From Polaromonas sp. YR568 (lineage in GTDB: Bacteria > Pseudomonadota > Gammaproteobacteria > Burkholderiales > Burkholderiaceae_C): DNA of 64,000 nt. Below, piece by piece: positions 20,401 through 29,741 of this stretch (the stretch's first letter is position 1; each line of letters starts with the position of its first letter). Position numbers and translations under genes: made by a program. The DNA lies in NCBI RefSeq assembly GCF_943371715.1, contig NZ_CALRVW010000021.1, forward strand, positions 2,254 through 66,253, written 5' to 3'. The notes under the pieces were generated by a model. That model saw nothing but the letters and a program-made list of their open reading frames with translations, had not been told where the DNA came from and ran no database searches.

Positions 20401-22237
20401 TGCGGATGCGGTACTCCACGTCCATGCGCTGGCCCTTCTGCATAGCAGCCTCCCGCACACGGATGTAACCGTCACGGTCTTCCGGATGGATCATCGCAAT
20501 CACGGTATCCGGTCGCCCGTCAAAGCCCGCCCGGGTCAACCCGAAAAGTTCGTACACCTCGTCGGACCACCAGAGCTGGCCGGAGGCCAGGTTCAGTTCC
20601 CAGTTGCCTATCCGCCCCAGCCGCTGGGCATTGAGCAGTTTGCGCTGGACCTCGCTGAGCTGCTCGTAACTGCGCATCTGCTCCAGTTGCAGCTGCTGCA
20701 TGTGGGTGATGTCCGAGAACACCATCAGGGCGCCCACAATGCCGTCCGCGCCCTGCATCGGACGGTAGGTGCAGCGGATCAGGCGGCCCACCGGCTCGCG
20801 CTCGTTGCGCACCAGCATCGGCAGGGGACCGCCGCTCTCGCCGCGCAGGGCCTTGTGCAGGGGCAGGTCCTCAAAACCATACAGGCACTGCGTGTCCGGA
20901 ACAAACAGCCCCTGGCGCTCGGGCCACAGCGGCGCCAGCACCATGGAGTTGTCATCAATGTCGAACAACTGGGAGGCGGTGTGATTGACGAGGATCACCC
21001 GGCCGCTGGCGTCCACCGCCAGCAGGCCTTCCTGCATGCTGTTGATGGTCAGCTCGAGCGCGGCATAGGCCTGCCGGTTTCGCGCCAGTTCATTTTCCAG
21101 TGACCTTTCGCGATGCTGCAGCGAGTCGGCCATCAGGTTGAAGCCCGCGGCAATTCTGGAGAATTCACTCTGGGCTTCACCCGGCCTCAGGGGCACGCGC
21201 GCATCCAGGACGCCTTTTTCCAGCTCCCGCGTGGCGTGAAGAAGCTGGCGGGCCGGTGCCACAATCGAACGGCTGGCAATCAACCAGGCAAGCCCCCCGC
21301 CCAGAAGGGCCACCAGCGCGAGCGCCGCCAGTTCCAGCCACAGCTGGCGCCGGACAGGCGCAACGATCAGGTCGCGGTCCATGCTGACCGACACAAAAAC
21401 CGCCGCGCCCGTGTTCAGGCTGCTCGGCATGAACGCCCACAAACGCTCATGCCCACGACCGTCCAGGCCTTCGCGCACCCCGCTGCTCATGGACTTGACC
21501 GCTTCCTGCAACACCGGGCTGCGCACCTTGTCGCCCACACGGATGGGCAGGGCCGGTCTGCCCGCCAGCAAGGCGCCCTCCCGGTCCTGAACGCCCAGCG
21601 CGGCGCCCGACGGCAGCTGGATGCCGGCAATCGTGTCGGCCATCCGGGCCAGATCGAAGGCGGCATACACCACGCCCGTCACCTTGTCCTCCGCGCCCAT
21701 GACCGGCAGCGCAAAGGTCAGCACCGGCGTGCCGGCAAGCCGTCCCACCGCATAGGTGCCGACCACAAAGCGGCGCTGGGCAATGGCATCGCGGAAATAG
21801 CTGCGGTCACCGAGAAAGGCTTTCTTGGCGCTCCCCAGTGCGTGACAACGGGTTTGTCCGTCCATTCCCAGGACGCCGAGATTGGCGTACTCGGGAAGAT
21901 GGCGGGTCAGGCTCGAGAAGTGGTGGTCACAGTCGGCACTGTTGCCGTCCTGCACCTCCGGCAAGGAGGCCAGCAGGGTCAGCACCTGCCGCGCGGAGTC
22001 GGCCACCCGCTCCTGGCTGGCGGCGGCCAGTGAAGCGGCAAACTGCAGGTTGGCCTTGGCGCGCTCGAGCTCGGCGTCGGCATTGAGCAGCGCCTTGAAC
22101 ATCGACAGGCCGAACAGCGGAACAATCGCCACCAGCACCAGGACAACAATGCGCGTGCGCAGGCTGACGTCCGCCCTCATGCGGTGATCCGCTGCGGCAG
22201 GGGCCGATGTGGGCGGGACGCGCCCGGACAGGCGCAC
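17489..22237 (-). CDS. Large membrane multi-sensor histidine kinase (Cache, HAMP, multiple PAS, GAF, HisKA, HATPase)
   Basis: Two TM segments flanking a Cache-like domain, HAMP, several PAS/PAC repeats, GAF, SHDLRSPL H-box, GTGVGLA; start 22237 or 22180. Confidence 0.93.
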   Translation of the reverse strand: MRLSGRVPPTSAPAAADHRMRADVSLRTRIVVLVLVAIVPLFGLSMFKALLNADAELERAKANLQFAASLAAASQERVADSARQVLTLLASLPEVQDGNSADCDHHFSSLTRHLPEYANLGVLGMDGQTRCHALGSAKKAFLGDRSYFRDAIAQRRFVVGTYAVGRLAGTPVLTFALPVMGAEDKVTGVVYAAFDLARMADTIAGIQLPSGAALGVQDREGALLAGRPALPIRVGDKVRSPVLQEAVKSMSSGVREGLDGRGHERLWAFMPSSLNTGAAVFVSVSMDRDLIVAPVRRQLWLELAALALVALLGGGLAWLIASRSIVAPARQLLHATRELEKGVLDARVPLRPGEAQSEFSRIAAGFNLMADSLQHRERSLENELARNRQAYAALELTINSMQEGLLAVDASGRVILVNHTASQLFDIDDNSMVLAPLWPERQGLFVPDTQCLYGFEDLPLHKALRGESGGPLPMLVRNEREPVGRLIRCTYRPMQGADGIVGALMVFSDITHMQQLQLEQMRSYEQLSEVQRKLLNAQRLGRIGNWELNLASGQLWWSDEVYELFGLTRAGFDGRPDTVIAMIHPEDRDGYIRVREAAMQKGQRMDVEYRIRTVDGQIRWIHQLGESHADSSGQVVWRAGVVQDITARKQAELAVARHTELLQQTGEMARIGGWEFTVENMTPYWSAEVYRILDLDPSVVLGTKQALGFHPPEMQPLARATLAAALADGTPWDMEVPLVTAQGRRIWVRTRGHAMLRDGKVVRLMGVLQDITDQHESQAQLRLLETAISRLNDIVLITDADELDEPGPRIVFVNNAFERRTGYSREEALGRSPRFLQGRRTQRAELDRIGSALRKGESVRAELINYKKSGEEIWLDLDMVPIADTQGRVTHIVAIERDITRRKLAEQAMLDSEQRYAALFKAAPVPMWIVDTETSRFLAVNEAAIANYGYSKEEFLQLTLFDIRPEGEQARLRQHLAQGVTGQPSRWLHLRKDGVEFPVETVARAITYMGRDARFAVALDITAQVRAEKEVQDYLFTLQRAADATHAITRHRTVEATLQETVDQVRAVVGAHQAVVSLTVSGEQARTVNAVSHSDKYAHCRDLVRLTHACGLDTVVCETNRPMRLTQSALEADPRWVSAGDEAGAAPSMRGWLAVPLTGQSGENIGLLQLSDKYDGEFTLQDQYVGVELAQLASIAIENTQLFEQVQRLNQGLEEKVVERTAALARQEALFRALAEQAPQIIWNVDVDGRVTYFNRKWYELMGGTPADWMGYKWTAVVHPDDLADMSARWKMSRENLTSYVGMRRLRAADGTYHTMSYRASPVLDDQAKVLFWVGIDADVTEIKDIEAALRLSNQELEAFSYSVSHDLRSPLNTVDGFSRLLAKQLSAASPNAKVQHYLSRIHAGVAQMGRLIEDLLSLAQVSRMQLRHETVDLSVMAREITGECQGRNPERVARITIEEDLQAQGDGRLIHVVMENLLGNAWKFSSGQAHTDIRVGRTIDAAGLAVFFVQDNGAGFDMAYADKLFNTFQRLHAVTEFPGTGVGLATVSRVIGRHGGKVWAQAEPGKGATFFFTLPGSGAPA

Positions 22238-22419
22238 TCGAGACAGGGCTGAGGGGTCTGGAAAGAAATCAGGACGGTGTTCATGCGGTCGGGTTTTCTG
22301 AAACGGACCGCCAGCGGCCGCTTTCAGATGGACTCTCCCAACTGTAAGTCATCTGCGGAAGCCCCCGCATTATTCCAGCGACGGGGTCCGCTTCGTCGCA
22401 AGGGCCGCCCAAGCGGCCG

Positions 22420-22860
22420 TCAGGCGGCGGCGATGGACTCGTTGACCCGCAGCCAGTAGTCCTGCAGGCGGCTGAGCTTTTCCGTGAAGTCGCCGAAATC
22501 GACGGGCTTGCGCACAAAACCATTGGCGCCGCTCTGGTAGCAGGCAATGATGTCGGACTGCTCGCTCGACGAGGTCAGCATGACCACCGGAACCAGGGCC
22601 GTCAGCGGGTTGCTGCGCAGGCTGCGCAGGACATCCAGGCCGGACAGCTTGGGCAGCTTCATGTCGAGCAGGACAAAGGCCGGCTGCTTCTGTGTGTCGC
22701 GCCCTGCGTGGGCGCCCTGTCCAAACAGGTAATCCAGCGCCTCGGCGCCATCGCGCGCGGTCACGATGGCCGTGTCCGCGCCCTGCTCCTGCAAGGTCAG
22801 GACAGTGAGCTCCAGGTGGTCGGGGTTGTCCTCCACCACGAGAATGGGTTTGTCATGCAT
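22420..22860 (-). CDS. Single-domain response regulator (Rcp1-like)
   Basis: LVVEDNPD, LLDMKLPKLSGLDVL, MLTSSSEQSD, FVRKPVDF. Confidence 0.92.
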   Translation of the reverse strand: MHDKPILVVEDNPDHLELTVLTLQEQGADTAIVTARDGAEALDYLFGQGAHAGRDTQKQPAFVLLDMKLPKLSGLDVLRSLRSNPLTALVPVVMLTSSSEQSDIIACYQSGANGFVRKPVDFGDFTEKLSRLQDYWLRVNESIAAA

Positions 22861-22901
22861 AAAAACCTTTGTGTTCATCGTGCTCCGGATGGCACTTTTA
22901 T

Positions 22902-22936
22902 CATATTTTTCATATTACACAAATTTACATATTTGT
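22902..22936. repeat. Four CA(T/A)ATT direct repeats with 9/9/8-bp spacing upstream of the response regulator-kinase operon
   Basis: CATATT 22902, CATATT 22911, CAAATT 22920, CATATT 22928. Confidence 0.55.
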
Positions 22937-23007
22937 CCAGTAGTCAAGGCAAGTATTTTCCAGCATCCACAGTGCGCGCGAAGCCCTCCTGGCCGGTCCC
23001 TGCGCAA

Positions 23008-24021
23008 CTACCACCTCGGGACCGCCTCTTCCTTCAACTGGCTGCGCAGCTCGGCATAGTCGGGAACCACCGTTCGCACAGTGTCCCAAAAACGCGGGCT
23101 GTGGTCCATCACCCGCAAATGGCTCAGCTCGTGCACCACCACATAGTCGATCACGGACTGCTTGAAGTGAATCAGCCGCCAGTTCAGCCGGATGGCGCCA
23201 TCAGCGCTGGCGCTGCCCCAGCGCGTGCCGGCACTGCTCAGGCTCAGCTTGCGCCACTGCACGCCCAGGTGGGGCGCAAAATGGTTGAGGCGTTCGGTGA
23301 AAAGGCGCTTGGCCTGGCGCATCAGCCAGGCCTGCACGGAATCGCGGATCTGCTCGGCGGTCGCATCGTGGGCCAGGGCGATGTGCAGCGTCAGACTCGC
23401 CCCGCCGGGCAGGTCGCTCGCGCTCGCGCCGGCGCCGGTATGCAGCACGGGTCCGGACCCGACCAGATTCCTGAGTTCACCGCCCACCGCAGCAAAAGCA
23501 TGCCGCGGGTCGATCACCACCGTCACCGGCTCACCGAGGAACGGCAGCGTGGCGCCGTCTTTCCATTCGATGCGCGCCGACTCGAGCCGGTCATGGCGGG
23601 CACGGGTTTCCTGCAGCTTGCGCACGATCCAGCCGGATTTTTCCTGCACGGCCTTGTCGATGTCATACAGCGGCACCCATTTGGGCGCGCTGACGACCAA
23701 GCCTTCGGCGCCGACTGAAAAACCGATGGTGCGCCGCTTGCCGCGCCGGAACTGGTACGCCACGACAGCACCCTCCAGCAGGGCTTCGCGCGTGGCAGCC
23801 GGGTGGCGGTAGGTGGCCGGCGCCAGCACCTGCGCCAGGGTTTGCGTCGGCAGTACGTCCGGCCCGTCGTCTGCTACGTGTTTTATAGCTCCCTGCGCAG
23901 GCTCGGCAAGGGCTGAAGACCGATTTGATTTGGAACCGGCACGTTTATCGGGAGGAGAGGCGGCGGGCCTGGCGGGCTCCAGATCAAAAAGATCAAGCGT
24001 GAACTGGAGAAACCGTTGCAT
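23008..24021 (-). CDS. YgjP/DUF45 (M48-like, SprT-like) metal-dependent hydrolase
   Basis: RWGSAS..G.IRLNWRL and YVVVHELSHL motifs. Confidence 0.9.
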   Translation of the reverse strand: MQRFLQFTLDLFDLEPARPAASPPDKRAGSKSNRSSALAEPAQGAIKHVADDGPDVLPTQTLAQVLAPATYRHPAATREALLEGAVVAYQFRRGKRRTIGFSVGAEGLVVSAPKWVPLYDIDKAVQEKSGWIVRKLQETRARHDRLESARIEWKDGATLPFLGEPVTVVIDPRHAFAAVGGELRNLVGSGPVLHTGAGASASDLPGGASLTLHIALAHDATAEQIRDSVQAWLMRQAKRLFTERLNHFAPHLGVQWRKLSLSSAGTRWGSASADGAIRLNWRLIHFKQSVIDYVVVHELSHLRVMDHSPRFWDTVRTVVPDYAELRSQLKEEAVPRW

Positions 24022-24062
24022 GCAAACAGTTTAGCGCTGTGGCGGCTTGCCCGGGGTGGGCT

Positions 24063-24818
24063 CTACGCGCCGGCGCTGGCGGTTTCGGGATAGGCCTCGG
24101 GGTCAAGCCGGCGCATTTCGGCTTCTATCCAGGCCTCGACTTCACGCATCAGTTCCTCGGGCTTGCGGCCCACACTGCTGATGGGTTTGCCGATCGAGAT
24201 ATCGACGATGCCCGGCTTCTTGATGAAGGCCTTGCGCGGCCAGCACTTGGCCGAGGTCACGGCCACCGGAATCACCGGCGCGCCCGTTTCAATGGCCAGC
24301 CGCGTGCCACCGGTCTTGTAAACGCCTTTTTTTCCCCGCTCGATGCGCGTGCCCTCGGGAAACATGATGACCCAGACACCCTGGCTCATCAGGCGGCGGC
24401 CCTGCTCGACCACCTTGTTGAAAGCCTGCGTGCGCTGGCTGCGGTCGATGTGGATCATGTCCATGCGCGCCATGGCCCAGCCAAAAAACGGCACGTAGAG
24501 CAACTCTTTCTTGAAGACGTAGGCCAGCGGATGCGGCATCAGTGTCGGCATCGAAAACGTCTCCCAGGTGCTCTGGTGCTTGAGCAGCAGGACGGCCGCG
24601 CTGGTCTCGCCGGTCGGCAGGTTTTCCATGCCGGTCACGCGGTTGCGGATGCCGAGGATCACCGTGCCGCCGCTGACCGCCAGGCGCAGCCAGCCGGCGC
24701 ACAGCCAGTAGATCTGGGTGCTGCTGCCGAACAGCGAAAAGATCAGGACAGCCAGCCCCCAGGGAATCACGGTGAGGATCATCCACAGAAGGTGCAGGAC
24801 GGAGCGAAGCAGGGGCAT
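24063..24818 (-). CDS. plsC: 1-acyl-sn-glycerol-3-phosphate acyltransferase
   Basis: KHQSTWET, FPEGTR; conserved glyQ-glyS-gmhB-plsC order. Confidence 0.93.
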   Translation of the reverse strand: MPLLRSVLHLLWMILTVIPWGLAVLIFSLFGSSTQIYWLCAGWLRLAVSGGTVILGIRNRVTGMENLPTGETSAAVLLLKHQSTWETFSMPTLMPHPLAYVFKKELLYVPFFGWAMARMDMIHIDRSQRTQAFNKVVEQGRRLMSQGVWVIMFPEGTRIERGKKGVYKTGGTRLAIETGAPVIPVAVTSAKCWPRKAFIKKPGIVDISIGKPISSVGRKPEELMREVEAWIEAEMRRLDPEAYPETASAGA

Positions 24819-24866
24819 GGCGTGTGTCTTCAGTCGAAATTTCGAGTGTTTCAGGGCTGCAGCCCT

Positions 24867-25460
24867 TCAAACATCTGCACGAACAGCTACGTTTTTCATA
24901 GCATCGGCCGGGGCACCGCGGTTCAGGAGGAATTCCACAAAGGCCGGCAGGTCGGCATGCAGCTGCGTGCCCGGCGGCAGGCCTTCCGGCTGGCCGCCGT
25001 CCCGGTACCTGGCCGATTTTCCGGTCAGCACCAGGTGCGGCTCACAACCGGCCGCAGCGCCGGCCAGCAGGTCACGCACCGAATCACCAGCGGTCGGCAC
25101 ACCCTTGAGCGGCACGCCAAAACGCGCGCCTATCTGCTCGAACAGGCCGGGCAGGGGCTTGCGACAGGTGCAGCTTTCTTCCGGGCTGTGCGGGCAGTAA
25201 AACACCGCATCGACGCGCCCGCCCACGGCGGCGAGCATCTTGTGCATCTTGGCGTGCATGGCGTTGAGCGAAGCCACATCAAACAGGCCGCGCCCCAGCC
25301 CCGACTGGTTGGACGCAATCACCACATGCCAGCCGGCGTGGTTCAGGCGCGCAATGGCCTCCAGCGCACCGGGCAGCGGCACCCACTCGTCCGGCGTCTT
25401 GACGAAATCCTCGCTGTCGCTGTTGATGGTGCCGTCACGGTCCAGGATGACAAGTTTCAT
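24867..25460 (-). CDS. gmhB: D-glycero-D-manno-heptose 1,7-bisphosphate phosphatase
   Basis: LDRDGTIN, SNQSGLGRG, CPH..C.CRKP. Confidence 0.96.
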   Translation of the reverse strand: MKLVILDRDGTINSDSEDFVKTPDEWVPLPGALEAIARLNHAGWHVVIASNQSGLGRGLFDVASLNAMHAKMHKMLAAVGGRVDAVFYCPHSPEESCTCRKPLPGLFEQIGARFGVPLKGVPTAGDSVRDLLAGAAAGCEPHLVLTGKSARYRDGGQPEGLPPGTQLHADLPAFVEFLLNRGAPADAMKNVAVRADV

Positions 25461-25474
25461 GATGTGCACAGGCC

Positions 25475-27610
25475 CTAGCTGGCGAGTCTGGACAGATCGG
25501 CCACGCGGTTCATCGCGTCGTGCAGGCTCTTGAGCAAGCCCTGGCGGTTCAGGCGCAAATCCATCTCTTCAGCGTTGACCATCACGCCGTCGAAAAACGC
25601 ATCGACCGGCGCGCGCAGCGCGGCCAGCGTCTGCAGCGAAGCCGTGTAGTCCCCGGCTTCGAACTGCGTGTTGGCCTGGGGTACCACCTCTTTCATGGCG
25701 GCATAGAGGGCGACTTCAGCGGGCTCCTGGAGCAAGACCTCGCTGACATGGGCATCGACCTCGCCCGCCTTCTTGAGAATGTTGGCGATGCGTTTGTTGG
25801 CGGCGGCCAGGGCCGGCGCTTCGGGCAGCGCGGCGAAGGCGCGCACGGCGGCCAGGCGCTGGGGAATGGTGGACCACAGCCCCAGCTTTTGCGCATAAAT
25901 CGCCGCATCGACCTCGGTGACGGAATAGCCGCTCTCGCGCAAGTAACCCTTCAGGCGCTCGATCAAAAATTCGTCCAGCTCCACGGCCTTGTCCTGCAGC
26001 AATCCGGCGGGGAAAGCCGCGAAAGCCAGTCGCGTGAGCGCGTGAAACTGAACCGGCAGGTCGCGTTCAATCAACATGCGGATCACACCGAGCGCGTGAC
26101 GGCGCAACGCAAACGGATCCTTGTCGCCGGTCGGCAAGTTGCCGATACCGAACATGCCCACCAGGGTTTCGAGTTTGTCGGCCAGCGCGACGATCACACC
26201 GATGGTGTTGCGCGGCAATTCGTCGCCGGCAAAACGCGGCTTGTAGTGGTCCTCGATCGCATCGGCCACCTCGGCACTCAAACCATCGTTGAGCGCGTAA
26301 TAACGCCCCATGATGCCCTGCAGCTCCGGGAACTCGCCGACCATGTCGGTCACCAGGTCGGTCTTGGCCAGCTCGGCGGCGCGCTGCACGTCGGCCACAT
26401 CGGCACCCAGCAGTTGGGCAATCGACTCGGCAATGGCGCGCACGCGTTGGACGCGTTCCCCCTGGGAGCCCAGCTTGTTGTGATAAACAACCTTGTCCAG
26501 CCCCGCGACCCGCGAAGCCAGCGTCTTCTTGCGGTCCTGGTCAAAGAAGAACTTGGCGTCGGCCAGGCGCGGCCGCACCACACGTTCGTTGCCGCCGATC
26601 ACCGCGCTCGCGTCATCCGGGCTGATGTTGCTGACCACCAGAAACTTGTTGGTGAGTTTGCCCGTCGCATCGACCAGCGGGAAATACTTCTGGTTGGCCT
26701 TCATCGTGAGGATCAGGCACTCCTGCGGCACATCGAGGAACTGCGCTTCGAATTCGCACACCAGCACATTGGGGTGCTCGACCAACCCGGTCACCTCGCT
26801 CAGCAGGTCCTCGTCCATCAGCACCTCGTAGCCCGGCCCCAGACGCTCGGCCGCCTGCGCGAGCTGCTGCACGATGGCAAAGCGGCGGTCGTTGAAGCTG
26901 GCAATCACCGCGCCGTCGCCCAGCAGGGTCTGGGCGTACGTATCGGCATCCTCGATCACCACCGGCGACACCTTGGCTTCAAAGCGGTGGCCCTGCGTGG
27001 TGTTGCCCGCCTTCAAACCCAGCGCCGTGACGGGCACCACGGTGCTGCCGTGCAGCGCCACCAGACTGTGCGCGGGACGCACGAAGTTCACACTGCTCCA
27101 GCCGGGCAGCGCGCAGTCGGTCTCGAGCTGGTAAGTCATGACCTTGGGAATCGGAAGTTTCGCAATGGCTTCTTCGAGCGCCTTCTGCAGGCCGACGTCG
27201 AGCGTTGCGCCCGTCACCAGGCTGTCGTAAAACAGCGCCTCGGCCTTGCCGTCGGGCGCGCGCTTGAGGGCGGCCACCGCAGCGGCCGGGTCGGACACGT
27301 CGGCGCCGAGGGCCTGCAGCTTCTTGAGCAGCGCAGGCGTGGCCTTGCCGGAAGCATCCAGCCCCACCTGGACCGGCATGAGTTTTTGCTGAACCGCCTT
27401 GTCGTCGGCCTTGCGCCAGACATGGGTGACATGCGCAGCCAGGCGGCGCGGCGAGGCATACGCCGTCACCACCGAGGTATCGGCGCTGGCCAGACCCTGG
27501 GCCTTGAGCTGCTCGAACAAGACGCCGGCAAAGGCATCGCCCAGCTTTTTGAGCGCCTTGGGCGGCAGCTCTTCCACAAACAGTTCGACCAGAAGGTTTT
27601 GCGTGGTCAT
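25475..27610 (-). CDS. glyS: Glycine-tRNA ligase beta subunit
   Basis: LLVELFVEELPP, EFPELQGIMG, DKDPFALRR. Confidence 0.98.
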   Translation of the reverse strand: MTTQNLLVELFVEELPPKALKKLGDAFAGVLFEQLKAQGLASADTSVVTAYASPRRLAAHVTHVWRKADDKAVQQKLMPVQVGLDASGKATPALLKKLQALGADVSDPAAAVAALKRAPDGKAEALFYDSLVTGATLDVGLQKALEEAIAKLPIPKVMTYQLETDCALPGWSSVNFVRPAHSLVALHGSTVVPVTALGLKAGNTTQGHRFEAKVSPVVIEDADTYAQTLLGDGAVIASFNDRRFAIVQQLAQAAERLGPGYEVLMDEDLLSEVTGLVEHPNVLVCEFEAQFLDVPQECLILTMKANQKYFPLVDATGKLTNKFLVVSNISPDDASAVIGGNERVVRPRLADAKFFFDQDRKKTLASRVAGLDKVVYHNKLGSQGERVQRVRAIAESIAQLLGADVADVQRAAELAKTDLVTDMVGEFPELQGIMGRYYALNDGLSAEVADAIEDHYKPRFAGDELPRNTIGVIVALADKLETLVGMFGIGNLPTGDKDPFALRRHALGVIRMLIERDLPVQFHALTRLAFAAFPAGLLQDKAVELDEFLIERLKGYLRESGYSVTEVDAAIYAQKLGLWSTIPQRLAAVRAFAALPEAPALAAANKRIANILKKAGEVDAHVSEVLLQEPAEVALYAAMKEVVPQANTQFEAGDYTASLQTLAALRAPVDAFFDGVMVNAEEMDLRLNRQGLLKSLHDAMNRVADLSRLAS

Positions 27611-27612
27611 GT

Positions 27613-28518
27613 TTATGCGGCCTTCTTCGTCATCTGTTCCACCCACTCGCGCGGCGCCATCGGGAAGCCCAGGCGCTCTCTGGATTCGTAATAACTCTGC
27701 GCGACGGCACGCGCCAGGTTGCGGATGCGGCCGATGTAGGCGGCACGTTCGGTCACTGAAATCGCGCCGCGCGCGTCCAACAGGTTGAAGCTGTGCGCGG
27801 CCTTGAGCACCTGTTCATAGGCGGGCAGCGCAAGCTGCACTTCGATCAGGTGTTTGGCCTGCTTCTCGTAGGCGGTGAAGGCGGTGAACAGGAAGTCGGC
27901 GTCGCTGTGTTCGAAGTTGTAGGCCGACTGCTCCTTCTCGTTTTGCAGGTAGACGTCGCCGTAACTCATGCTGTCTGTCCACTGCAGGTTGTAGACGTTG
28001 TCCACCCCCTGCAGGTACATGGCCAGGCGCTCCAGGCCATAGGTGATCTCGCCGGTGATGGGCCGGCAGTCGATGCCGCCGACCTGCTGGAAGTAGGTGA
28101 ACTGCGTGACTTCCATGCCGTTGAGCCAGACCTCCCAGCCCAGGCCCCAGGCGCCCAGCGTCGGATTTTCCCAATCGTCTTCCACGAAGCGGATGTCGTT
28201 CTTCTTCAGGTCAAAGCCCAGCGCCTCGAGCGAGCCGAGGTAGAGCTCCAGGATGTTGCTGGGCGCGGGCTTGAGCACGACCTGGTACTGGTAGTAGTGC
28301 TGCAGGCGGTTCGGGTTCTCGCCGTAACGGCCGTCTTTCGGGCGGCGGCTCGGCTGCACGTAGGCGGCCTTCCAGGGCTCGGGGCCCAGCGCTCTCAAAA
28401 ACGTAGCAGTGTGCGACGTCCCGGCGCCCACTTCCATGTCATAGGGCTGCAACAGTGCGCAGCCCTGGGCATCCCAGTAGGACTGGAGCTTCAAGATGAT
28501 TTGCTGAAAGGTCAACAT
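27613..28518 (-). CDS. glyQ: Glycine-tRNA ligase alpha subunit
   Basis: [37 protein letters not shown]. Confidence 0.99.
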   Translation of the reverse strand: MLTFQQIILKLQSYWDAQGCALLQPYDMEVGAGTSHTATFLRALGPEPWKAAYVQPSRRPKDGRYGENPNRLQHYYQYQVVLKPAPSNILELYLGSLEALGFDLKKNDIRFVEDDWENPTLGAWGLGWEVWLNGMEVTQFTYFQQVGGIDCRPITGEITYGLERLAMYLQGVDNVYNLQWTDSMSYGDVYLQNEKEQSAYNFEHSDADFLFTAFTAYEKQAKHLIEVQLALPAYEQVLKAAHSFNLLDARGAISVTERAAYIGRIRNLARAVAQSYYESRERLGFPMAPREWVEQMTKKAA

Positions 28519-28572
28519 AAATTGGGTGTGCGGCGACGCAGGGCCGCGGTAAGGGACCGCACGGGCCTGAAC

Positions 28573-28598
28573 CCGCGAAAACCCTTCATTTTACGCGG
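28573..28598. other. attL (26 bp): CCGCGAAAACCC-TT-CATTTTACGCGG
   Basis: Right arm is the inverted complement (11/12) of the left arm of attR; lies at the host/phage border and contains the recombinase stop codon. Confidence 0.8.
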
Positions 28599-29203
28599 CT
28601 AAGGTACGGTCCCAGAACAGGCTTGATAAGTCGCTTCGGGCGATCAGTTCTTGGCTCAAAACGCTCGATTGCTGCATCAATCGTGGTGGAATGAGCATTA
28701 AATTTTCTTGAAAGTGTCGCTTTTTTGAAACGTCCAGTTTTGAATAATTCATAAACTTGGCGATCCTGTTCGGGCGTTAACCGCCGGGGACGGCCAATAA
28801 CAACGCCTCGTTCAATTGCCGCGACCAACCCAGCAATTGACCTCTCCCGAATCATTGATCGCTCCAGCTGGGCCACAGCGCCGAGTATCTGGAGCATGAA
28901 AATCCCCATGGGGGAAGTGGTGTCCAGTGGCTCAGAGAGTGACCTGATGCAAGCGCCAGAATCGGCAATCCGGTCAAGAATGGACAGCAGGTCCTTGAGA
29001 GATCGTGCAACGCGGTCGATTTTGTAAACGACCAGGACATCGCCAGGCGACAACGCAGCAAGGCAGGTTTGCAAGACTGGGCGGCGCCCGATAGAGCTTG
29101 TTTTTTCCTGATAAATCAGTGAAACACCAGCGCGATGAAGTGCATCGATTTGAAGATTTGTCTCTTGTTCGAGCGTGGAAACTCTCGCATACCCAATCAG
29201 CAA
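28586..29203 (-). CDS. Small serine recombinase (resolvase/invertase family, C-terminal HTH)
   Basis: LIGYARVST (catalytic Ser), [32 protein letters not shown] plus HTH; TTG start with AAGGAGG RBS. Confidence 0.96.
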   Translation of the reverse strand: MLIGYARVSTLEQETNLQIDALHRAGVSLIYQEKTSSIGRRPVLQTCLAALSPGDVLVVYKIDRVARSLKDLLSILDRIADSGACIRSLSEPLDTTSPMGIFMLQILGAVAQLERSMIRERSIAGLVAAIERGVVIGRPRRLTPEQDRQVYELFKTGRFKKATLSRKFNAHSTTIDAAIERFEPRTDRPKRLIKPVLGPYLSRVK

Positions 29204-29324
29204 ATTGCCTCCTTGATTACTACGTTGGTCTTATGGGAACGCAGTAGTCTAGTGAAGAAAATACAGGCTTTTCATGGCGCGAAACGAGGGCCGACAGCAG
29301 ATTGACGACTGCGATCGCGACGAA

Positions 29325-29408
29325 GGCCGACCCTGCGGGATCGGCTAAGGTGTGCGAGCTGCTTAAGGCGGGGTCAGCTTCGCTTCGCTTACATGGGGCA
29401 GACCCCAT
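29325..29408. other. Intergenic hairpins (candidate packaging signal or minus-strand origin)
   Basis: GGCCGACCCTGCGGGATCGGCT stem and ATGGGG-CAGA-CCCCAT at 29393-29408 in the largest non-coding stretch of the phage. Confidence 0.35.
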
Positions 29409-29453
29409 ACCCCAAAACCAAGGGCACATGGCTGTTCGGAGTAGACTAAGCAT

Positions 29454-29687
29454 ATGGAACTCGAAATCTATAACGCATTTGTCAAGGCCGGCGTGCCAGA
29501 AGCCGAGGCGAAGGCTGCCGTCGAATCGATCAACAAGGAAATCGACAAGCGGTATTCGCTGCATGCTGGTCAGTTGGCGACTAAAAGCGATTTAGCCGAT
29601 GCGAAGGTCGAAATCATCAAGTGGACGGTTGGAAGCATGTTTGCGGCAGTCGGGCTTTTTGCGGCCATTGTGAAGCTGTTGCAGTGA
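29454..29687 (+). CDS. Small coiled-coil protein with C-terminal TM helix (DUF1640/CCDC90-like), phage accessory gene
   Basis: GVPEAEAKA, LATKSDL..K.EIIKW then a hydrophobic tail; followed by a terminator. Confidence 0.75.
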   Translation: MELEIYNAFVKAGVPEAEAKAAVESINKEIDKRYSLHAGQLATKSDLADAKVEIIKWTVGSMFAAVGLFAAIVKLLQ

Positions 29688-29704
29688 TCTAAAACGCTCC
29701 GTAG

Positions 29705-29729
29705 AAAAGGCCCCTTGAGGGCCTTTTTT
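29705..29729. terminator. Bidirectional intrinsic terminator
   Basis: AAAAGGCCC-CTTGA-GGGCCTTTTTT between convergent genes. Confidence 0.85.
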
Positions 29730-29741
29730 ATTGGGGTGCCG

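Noticed and set aside
1719-27691. Many long + strand ORFs (e.g. 1719-2969, 14991-16406, 18140-19387, 25520-27691)
   Set aside because: Antisense shadows of well-supported - strand genes in high-GC DNA; no motifs.
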